Assembly (NCBI GenBank): GCA_963700165.1
Contig: OY969475.1
Coordinates: 2,489,969-2,513,968, forward strand
Length of the DNA: 24,000 bases
Direction of reading: 5' to 3'
Origin: Pyrinomonadaceae bacterium
GTDB lineage: Bacteria; Acidobacteriota; Blastocatellia; Pyrinomonadales; Pyrinomonadaceae
Shown here in pieces: positions 8,860-15,550 of this stretch. The number at the start of each line of letters is the position of its first letter. Position 1 is the stretch's first letter. The translations under genes and the position numbers were made by a program. The notes beneath the pieces are model-generated. The model was given only the letters and a program-made list of their open reading frames with translations, was not told where the DNA came from and searched no databases.

Positions 8860-8874
8860 GTTTCTACTCTTGAT

Positions 8875-9951
8875 TCACATATTTTGTGTCTCCGTGTCCG
8901 TCTCTTTGATTCTCTCTTCCAGCTCGGCAACTTTCCGGCGCAGCTCTTTGACCTCTTCGCGCAGTTGGGGCAGGCGATTCATGTGTGCGTTGAGTCGTTT
9001 GTAATCTTCTAAGGGCTGCACGGGGATGCCCCACCAGACTCCCGCGCGCACGATCTTACCGGGCAAGATGCCCGCCTTTGAGCCTATGATCGCGCCCGAT
9101 TGCACGCGCGCGTGATCGCCCATCCCGACCTGCCCGCCGATGATGGCATCGTCTTCAATCACTGTGCTGCCGGAGATGCCCGTCTGCGATGCGATGACGA
9201 CGCGCTGGCCGATCTGCACGTTGTGCGCGATTTGCACGAGGTTGTCTATCTTGGCCGCGCGACCGATGCGCGTCTCTCCGAGCGCGCCACGATCAATACA
9301 CGTCGCGGCTCCAATCTCTACATCGTCTTCGATGATGACTGTGCCAATCTGCGGAAACTTGTGGCGAAAATTATTTTCATCGGGCACGTAGCCGAAACCG
9401 TCTGCTCCGATGACCACGCCCGCATGCAGAATCACACGCTCTCCCACAGAGACGCCTTCATACAGGACGACGTTCGGATGGATGATGCAATCGCGCCCGA
9501 TGCTCACGTCGTCTCCGACACACGCTCCATGATAAAGCTGTGTTCCCTCGCCTACATTCGCGCGCTCGCCGATTGAGACATGCGCGCCGATGTAAACGTC
9601 TTCGCAGACTTGCGCGCTGGCGGCGATGATGGCGGTCGGATGAATCGAAGCAGGCAATCTTTTCGGCGGATGCAAAATCTCTGCGATTAAAGCGAAGGCG
9701 AGTTTCGGGCGCGCAACACGAATCAAGCATTTGCCTTCCAACTCGGGAGAAGCTTCCGGCACGATCAGGCACGCAGCGTGACTGTCAAGAGCGTTTTCCA
9801 GCATCTTCGCATCTTCAACGAAAGCGATTTCGTTTTCCGACGCTCTTTCAATGCTTGCCACGCCTCTGATGACAATGCTGCCATCGCCCGCAACGCTCCC
9901 GCCAACATGCGCCGCCAGTTCAGCCACCGTTTTCTCTTTGTGTGCGCTCAT
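8875..9951 (-). CDS. lpxD: UDP-3-O-acylglucosamine N-acyltransferase
   Basis: N-terminal LpxD-type domain (LAAHVGG...I.GVASIE.A...EIAFVED), a long left-handed beta-helix of hexapeptide repeats, GADGFGY motif, C-terminal helical tail. Lies 21 nt downstream of lpxA. Confidence 0.9.
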   Translation of the reverse strand: MSAHKEKTVAELAAHVGGSVAGDGSIVIRGVASIERASENEIAFVEDAKMLENALDSHAACLIVPEASPELEGKCLIRVARPKLAFALIAEILHPPKRLPASIHPTAIIAASAQVCEDVYIGAHVSIGERANVGEGTQLYHGACVGDDVSIGRDCIIHPNVVLYEGVSVGERVILHAGVVIGADGFGYVPDENNFRHKFPQIGTVIIEDDVEIGAATCIDRGALGETRIGRAAKIDNLVQIAHNVQIGQRVVIASQTGISGSTVIEDDAIIGGQVGMGDHARVQSGAIIGSKAGILPGKIVRAGVWWGIPVQPLEDYKRLNAHMNRLPQLREEVKELRRKVAELEERIKETDTETQNM

Positions 9952-9972
9952 AAGAAATGCTTATCTGATTCG

Positions 9973-10800
9973 TCAACCGAAAGATTCAGCCTGTCCGGCC
10001 ATTGCTTCCTCCGTAGCACCTTGCTGAAGTTTTCGGGCGCGTGTAAATCCGCGTCTGGATGCTTTGATAAATTTGAACAGATGCTGAACGTGCTCGTCCT
10101 CCGATTGCTCCATCTCTGTCAGAGCATCTTCCAGAGGCAAGGCCGAGCGAAACAGAAGCTGATAAGCTCGCTTCAAATTGCGTCGCGCTTCAGAGGAAAA
10201 GCCTGCGCGCCTCAAGCCCACAGTGTTCAAGCCGCGCACGCGCGCAGGGTTGCCGTCCGTGATAAAGAACGGCAGCACGTCCTGCACTATCTTCGACTTG
10301 CCGCCGACCATCGCATAACGTCCCATCCGCACGAACTGGTGCGCGCCCGCATTGTTCGAGAGAAAGACGTGGTCTTCGACACAGATATGTCCCGCCAGCG
10401 CAGCCCCGTTGGCAAAGATGTTGTCGTCTCCGACCTCGCAGTTATGCGCGAGGTGAACGCCGATCATCAAAAAATTGCGGCTGCCGACGCGCGTCACTTC
10501 CCCTTCGCCGCTCGCGCGATGAATCGTCACGTACTCCCGAATCAAATTGTCATCGCCGATTACTAAGCCGCTCCGCTCGTCCTTAAACTTCACATCCTGC
10601 GGCTCGCCGCCGACCACCGCGTGCTCGTAAATACGATTGCGCTTTCCCAAAGTGGTGAAGCGTTTGATGACGGCATGCGCGGCGATGTCGCAGCCTTCAC
10701 CGATGGTCACGTCGTCTTCGATGACGGCGTAAGCCCCGACGCGCACGTCTGCCGCGAGACGCGCTTGCGGGCTGATGATGGCTGTCGGATGAAGACTCAT
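9973..10800 (-). CDS. lpxA: Acyl-ACP--UDP-N-acetylglucosamine O-acyltransferase
   Basis: Collinear with E. coli LpxA from memory: HPTAII, hexapeptide repeats, VTIHRA, VGS.N.LM...H.AH.C.VG, HQF...G..AMVGG, GLN..GLRR.GFS.E, AY.LLFRS. Confidence 0.9.
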   Translation of the reverse strand: MSLHPTAIISPQARLAADVRVGAYAVIEDDVTIGEGCDIAAHAVIKRFTTLGKRNRIYEHAVVGGEPQDVKFKDERSGLVIGDDNLIREYVTIHRASGEGEVTRVGSRNFLMIGVHLAHNCEVGDDNIFANGAALAGHICVEDHVFLSNNAGAHQFVRMGRYAMVGGKSKIVQDVLPFFITDGNPARVRGLNTVGLRRAGFSSEARRNLKRAYQLLFRSALPLEDALTEMEQSEDEHVQHLFKFIKASRRGFTRARKLQQGATEEAMAGQAESFG

Positions 10801-10995
10801 GATGCGCCGAAAATGTCAGGCGCGATAGTACATGCACGACGATTGCTGTCGCAAGATGACTTAACCCGAAAGAGATTTTTACCGGCTGGAAACAGCAGGG
10901 TATGATTTGGATTTTAAAGACGTAGACGCTTTCGTGTGATGATGAGCTTGTCGCAGATGAATGAGCGTGCTGGTTGAAACAGGGACTCTACCTTA

Positions 10996-13755
10996 TCAAT
11001 TGCCCAAGAATTTTTGTTGCTCCTGCGGTGTCAGTGGCTGCCGCGTCTGGGGACGCTTTCTGGCTAGTTCAAGCAGGTCATCTATAGAATCTGGCAGGTC
11101 AGTGGGATCAGTGGTTCTCCAGACGCGCGCCGATTTATCCGCGCCCCCGGTGACCATAAAATCACCTTTGGGGCTGAAGGCGACGCTGTATATCCAGTTC
11201 TTGTGTCCGCGAAATTCGCTTAGCACTGTCCATACTTTATCCGGCGTTTGCCTCCATATCCGCGCATTGTAATCCCAACATGCTGTCGCGATGTCATCTT
11301 TAACGGGGCTGAATGCTGCGTCATACACGATATGCGGGTGATTCAAGAAGTGTTCCTGCTCCTTACCCGTCTCTAAGTACCAGACGCGCGCCGTCCTGTC
11401 GCCACTCGCGGTGACGACGAGCTTGCTATCTTGACTGACCCCCGCGCCATACACTGAAGCGGTATGCCCGTTCAATCTTAATTCAGGCTTCCATGTGCCG
11501 CCGACCTGCCATACCAATACCACGCTACTCTGTCCCGTTGTAATAATGTGCTTGCCGTCAGGGCTGAAGTTCACATCGAAGACTGCGCCGGTATGTCCTT
11601 TCAGTTCCATGGGACGGGCGTCGCCCGCTGGCGGCGATGATGGCGGCGTTCCCGGCGGTTGCTGTGTGCCTTCTTGTGGCGGAGGCTGCGCGCCTCCTTG
11701 TGGCGGGGGTGCTGTCTTAACTCCCTGCAAGACGGCTTCCTGCTCCCACGTTTCAACCTTCCAGACCTGTGGCGAAGGGTCATCGCTCGTGGTGATTAGA
11801 TAGCTGCTGTCAGGACTGAATGCCGCGCTATAAACCCTCTGGTCTTTTTCCGCCAACTTGCGCAACGGGGTGACTTTTAACAGTGGGAGGGGCTGCCAAT
11901 TGCTGACCTCCCAAACGCGCGCCGTGCTGCCCTCCAAGTTTGCCGCAACCAGATATTTTCCGTCAGGGCTGAACGACACTTTACGCGCGCCTTTTGAATA
12001 TTTGCCGGGATCATCCTGTGGCTGTAGCTCTTTGACGAGAGCGCCTGTTTTCGCATCCCACACCTTGACCGGCTCAGACAGAGCCGCCGTTGCGATCAAT
12101 GTTCCGTCATGATTGAACACAGCGTTTCTCACTTCGCCATTATGCGGTAAGACAAGCTCCGTGTGAGTTTGGAGCAAAGCCGCTTTGAGAGCTTGTCTGG
12201 CTTCATTGGTAGGGCTTTCTTTGACCGCCTCGATAGCCAGGAGCAGGCTCAAGTCAGGATCAGAGGCCACATGCGCGAAGGCATGAGCGGCTATCGCGCG
12301 CGAACGGGATTCCTTGTTGGCGCGGCGAGCCGCTCTCCACTGGTAGATCGCGACGCCCGTTGCTGCGATGGCTATTATCAAGAGCAGCGACAATCCGCTC
12401 ACCTGTTTGCGCAGCCGAAGTGATTCCATCCGTTCGCGCTGGCGCTCGGCCTCTGCCTGTTCCTTCTTGAGCCGTTCCTGCTCTTCGCGCTTGATGCGCT
12501 CCTGCGTTTGCTGCTCCGTATAACGGCGTCGCCAATCGAGGATTGATGCGCCCAACACGTCATGAAAAATCTCGTAGCGCAGATTGTCCGGCTGATCCGG
12601 CGGCGGGGAGACAGAGCGCAGGATACGCACTTCCGGCGAGCCGAGCAGCATCAGGACGCGGCTGGCATCTGCGTCGGGCAGCTCGACATAAGAGGCGAGG
12701 TCTGCGGGCGTGTGCGCGATCTTCATGCCGGAGGGCGTGACCAGATAACGAAACAGGCGCGCGGCGATGTCGCGTTCGCTCTCCGGCAGCTTGTTCATCA
12801 CCGTATCCAGATGCGTCCGCACGATGCTCTGCGCTCCGCCGAGCCGCTGCAAAGTCTCAAGCCGCAGCAGATGTGACCCGGCTGCCATCTCTTCATTCCA
12901 GAGACGCATCAAGACCATTTGTAAGAACGGCGTCTCGATGCGCGAATCTTCGCCGAGATGGTCTGGCAGGCGTGCGCTGCCGCCTTGCCCGTGCCCGGAT
13001 TGTGCGATGGTAACTTTGCCTGTCTTCACCTGTTCGAGCAGGGATTCGACAAGGCTGTCTTCGATAGAGACTTGCGGCTGGCCTTCTTTCAAATTCCGGT
13101 TATAACTGTCGAGCGGTTTGAGCACCGCCTCGCGCCCAGCTTCCATGTCCAGATGTTCCAGCCGCAGCATGTTGCCGAGCAGTCTGGGGATGCGCCCGCG
13201 AAAGCGATCCAGCTTACTCAGGCCGTCATCCCGCAGCGAGAGCAGAAAGTTTGCATCCACTTCCTGACGATTGACGGCTCTGGCAAACTCCGCGTCAAAG
13301 CCTTCGTCCGACTGCGTGGGCGGATGATAAAGACAAAACTCTTCAAACTGATCGAAGAATAAGAAGATGGGGCCGCGCAAGTGCTTGCCGCACCGCAAGA
13401 GGAATTCATCGAGCGGGAGAGCCAGATCAACGTCTACAGCTTTGCCGGTTTTTTCCGTGACGGCGCGCAATATCTCGCGCTTGAGCATCGTCGCAAAGCC
13501 CGCGTCCTGCCATTGCCGGAAGACGACCACTGCGAGCCTCGGCTCGCGTCTCAATTGCGGCACGACGCCCGCCAGCAAGACAGAGCTTTTGCCGACCCCG
13601 CTCGCGCCGTACAGAATCGTCAAAGAGGCCGCGTACAAATTCGAGGCAATGATCTCCTGATCGCGCTCGCGCCCGAAGAAGTAAGCGCGGTCAGCCTCCG
13701 TATACGGTTGCAAACCTTTGTAGGGACAAAAATTTGTGGGCAGCTCGCTAGACAT
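10996..13755 (-). CDS. nSTAND-type P-loop NTPase - coiled coil - hydrophobic helix - WD40 repeat protein (NLR-like)
   Basis: N-terminus CPYKGLQPYTEADRAYFFGRE + LYGASGVGKSSVLLAG (Walker A, 13582-13608) + FLFFDQFEE (Walker B) matches the novel-STAND-NTPase-1 pattern. Charged coiled coil at aa ~410-450. Hydrophobic helix VSGLSLLLIIAIAATGVAIYQW (12340-12402). C-terminal WD40 blades (FSPDGK..., GH...V, WD/VW motifs), with a Pro/Gln-rich insert at 11611-11715. Confidence 0.85.
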   Translation of the reverse strand: MSSELPTNFCPYKGLQPYTEADRAYFFGRERDQEIIASNLYAASLTILYGASGVGKSSVLLAGVVPQLRREPRLAVVVFRQWQDAGFATMLKREILRAVTEKTGKAVDVDLALPLDEFLLRCGKHLRGPIFLFFDQFEEFCLYHPPTQSDEGFDAEFARAVNRQEVDANFLLSLRDDGLSKLDRFRGRIPRLLGNMLRLEHLDMEAGREAVLKPLDSYNRNLKEGQPQVSIEDSLVESLLEQVKTGKVTIAQSGHGQGGSARLPDHLGEDSRIETPFLQMVLMRLWNEEMAAGSHLLRLETLQRLGGAQSIVRTHLDTVMNKLPESERDIAARLFRYLVTPSGMKIAHTPADLASYVELPDADASRVLMLLGSPEVRILRSVSPPPDQPDNLRYEIFHDVLGASILDWRRRYTEQQTQERIKREEQERLKKEQAEAERQRERMESLRLRKQVSGLSLLLIIAIAATGVAIYQWRAARRANKESRSRAIAAHAFAHVASDPDLSLLLAIEAVKESPTNEARQALKAALLQTHTELVLPHNGEVRNAVFNHDGTLIATAALSEPVKVWDAKTGALVKELQPQDDPGKYSKGARKVSFSPDGKYLVAANLEGSTARVWEVSNWQPLPLLKVTPLRKLAEKDQRVYSAAFSPDSSYLITTSDDPSPQVWKVETWEQEAVLQGVKTAPPPQGGAQPPPQEGTQQPPGTPPSSPPAGDARPMELKGHTGAVFDVNFSPDGKHIITTGQSSVVLVWQVGGTWKPELRLNGHTASVYGAGVSQDSKLVVTASGDRTARVWYLETGKEQEHFLNHPHIVYDAAFSPVKDDIATACWDYNARIWRQTPDKVWTVLSEFRGHKNWIYSVAFSPKGDFMVTGGADKSARVWRTTDPTDLPDSIDDLLELARKRPQTRQPLTPQEQQKFLGN

Positions 13756-13895
13756 TCTAGTGTCAGGGAAACGGATATACTAAAATTTCAAAACGCGAAG
13801 GCAGGGCTTTGCGTCTTGAGTTCTTTTTGTCCCTTGAAGGTTTTAATTACTCTCTAACCTAAGTTGCTAGTGATAGATATTTTGCTAGACTTCTT

Positions 13896-14058
13896 AAATT
13901 GCCACTAGCTTCAGCTAGTGGATCGAGGTTTCTCCTAGCCGTCGGCTTTAGCCGAACAATTTAAGCTGAAGCAATAAGGACCAGGATTTATTTGTATTTT
14001 GGCTCAAGCCTGCTTTCTGTTGTGCCATGTCTCCACTAGCTAAAGCTAGTGGCAATTT
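13896..14058. repeat. A/T-rich inverted-repeat element (CCACTAGC family) between the SIR2-like and STAND genes
   Basis: Termini AAATTGCCACTAGCTTCAGCTAGTGG (13896-13921) and CCACTAGCTAAAGCTAGTGGCAATTT (14033-14058) are inverted copies; each is itself a palindrome. The interior has mini-palindromes (GGCTTTAGCC, GCCGTCGGC, GGCTCAAGCC). Confidence 0.7.
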
Positions 14059-14083
14059 ATTAATTCGCAATTTGGGTTATTTT

Positions 14084-15025
14084 CTAAGTGACTTGCTCAC
14101 TCAGCACGCGAACAAACTCGTTGATGTCAACATCGAAAATCTGCACCTTGCGCGCATCCCACAGTTTGGTCTCAAGGTAAGAAGGCTTGAACTGGATAGC
14201 CCATGAGCTTATTTCCTCATCTTCTTCCATGTCCTCCGAATCCCCTCCGGTCGGGAGCGCAGTTCGCAGGTTCTTGAGCACCACTCGCAAATTCCAGTCG
14301 CGCAGCCCGTAACCCAGAAACAGAAAATAGCGCGAGCGGAAATAGCGCATGAACTGCGCGGGCACAGCCGTCTGCCCCGTCATGCGCGAGAGGAAATCCA
14401 CGTAGTCCTCTTCCGTGATGACATAGCTGTCCCACTTCTGCGCCGTGCGATCCACCGTGCCGTGCATCTTGTAGATAACGGAAGTCGTCTTGAGATCAAC
14501 GATGAGCTGGTTAGGCTCCACGACCTGCGGCTCAGCCGCGCCGTGCTTCCACCAGAGGACAGAGGCTTCGACATCCTTCCGGTCGGTCGGGTGAATCACG
14601 AGGTCAAAGGGCAGGCCGAGATTGTTAAAAGCGCGCTCCGTCAAATCGTCATAATTGGTCGTGACGATCAGGAGCGGCGTGTTGCGCGAGGCTTCCGCGA
14701 GATAATTGTGTATCGGGCACGGCTCGAAGTCCTTGTCAAAAACCTCTTTGAGCCGCTCGCGCAGGCGTCGGCGCTTGGTCGTCTCGACAAAGTAAGAGGC
14801 GACTTTGGCGAGGTCTATCGTGTCGCTTTCACTGTCTGCGGGAAAGCTGATTTTCGAGGCGAGAAAGCGCGACAATTCTGCCCCGCTCGGCAGGAAAGGG
14901 CTGTTCATCTCCCACGGTGAGCCGGGCGGCTGGCGCGTCCCGAAATTGACGCCCGCGCCTAAGAAGGGGACGACCTCGCCCCTCTTCAACAGCTCCGCGA
15001 TTTCTCCATACGGTGGATCGTGCAT
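14084..15025 (-). CDS. SIR2-like domain protein (SIR2_2/DHS-like NAD-binding fold); candidate NADase effector
   Basis: VVPFLGAGVN (Rossmann Gly-rich loop), LLIVTTNYDDLTERAF (Asn124, codons 14648-14662), IYKMHGT (His188, codon 14462-14464), VITEEDY, FLFLGYGLRDWN. These match the stand-alone SIR2_2 family pattern. At 313 aa there is no room for a SLOG or other fused domain. Confidence 0.8.
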   Translation of the reverse strand: MHDPPYGEIAELLKRGEVVPFLGAGVNFGTRQPPGSPWEMNSPFLPSGAELSRFLASKISFPADSESDTIDLAKVASYFVETTKRRRLRERLKEVFDKDFEPCPIHNYLAEASRNTPLLIVTTNYDDLTERAFNNLGLPFDLVIHPTDRKDVEASVLWWKHGAAEPQVVEPNQLIVDLKTTSVIYKMHGTVDRTAQKWDSYVITEEDYVDFLSRMTGQTAVPAQFMRYFRSRYFLFLGYGLRDWNLRVVLKNLRTALPTGGDSEDMEEDEEISSWAIQFKPSYLETKLWDARKVQIFDVDINEFVRVLSEQVT

Positions 15026-15224
15026 CAGAACCCTTCAAGCGTTAGTGAGAGTTTCAGGGAAAGAGCGTCCGGTCAAGCGTGGCTCATAAAATTCAGAAAA
15101 GGCATAAGTTAAACGGCAAGAAAAGACTTAACCGTGAAGCCTACAGAGACAGTGAAGCCGGAAAAGATACCAACCAGAGCTTATACGCCTCTCACAAATC
15201 GGTGTCAATAATTATCCCGCTTCG

Positions 15225-15397
15225 GTAGTGGGCCAGTTTCAAACATGGCAAAGAAAAAACAGGTTCCCGCAAAGGCGCAAAGACGCAAAGCAAGCAATCA
15301 AGATAAAGCACCGCTCAACCCCTTTGCGTCTTTGCGCCTTTGCGGGAGGTTCTTTCCTGATGCTGGATGACACTTGAATTTCAAACTGACCCACTAC
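15225..15397 (-). mobile_element. MITE-like fold-back element, copy C (inverted relative to copies A and B)
   Basis: Termini GTAGTGGGCCAGTTTCAAA ... TTTCAAACTGACCCACTAC. The interior ggcaaagaaaaaacaggttcccgcaaaggcgcaaagacgcaaagcaagca is the reverse complement of the copy B segment tgcttgctttgcgtctttgcgcctttgcgggaacctgttttttcttttcc. Confidence 0.65.
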
Positions 15398-15550
15398 CCC
15401 CGCGTCCTGCACGCCCTGACCAAACGCTATCTCCTTCTGACACCTTGCCTTAAACTGCTATAGACACTATCATGTGATGCCGCAAAGCTTTGCGCCTTTG
15501 ATGGGCGCGGGCGATAGCGGAGAGTTAGAGCTTACATCAAGTATTTAGGA

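Noticed and set aside
2321-8860. Possible CRISPR array, suggested by recurring CTTTGCG/GCGCAAAG motifs and by the regularly spaced WD40/TPR repeats
   Set aside because: The CTTTGCG units are 8-nt inverted motifs forming hairpins, with no unique spacers of constant length. The regularly spaced repeats are in-frame coding repeats. No cas genes are present.
9952-9972. fabZ between lpxA and lpxD
   Set aside because: The gap is only 21 nt, and no FabZ-like ORF occurs anywhere in the window.
9778-10566. 262-aa plus-strand ORF spanning the lpxD/lpxA junction, and similar long antisense ORFs (190-858, 1585-2283, 5281-5853, 21585-22232)
   Set aside because: Each lies opposite a gene with strong, recognisable homology (LpxA/LpxD, LpxB, the repeat protein, the secreted protein). 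Long antisense ORFs are expected in GC-rich DNA, and none shows a recognisable motif.
10801-10995. Terminator or promoter between the STAND-WD40 gene and lpxA
   Set aside because: I looked for a stable hairpin with a T tract, or a clear -35/-10 pair on the minus strand, and found nothing convincing. It is left unannotated.
2623-15025. Thoeris system (TIR protein + SIR2 protein in the same window)
   Set aside because: The TIR and SIR2 genes are ~9 kb apart on opposite strands with housekeeping genes between them. The SIR2 protein is too short (313 aa) to carry the SLOG sensor domain of ThsA, and the TIR is fused to its own STAND-TPR module.
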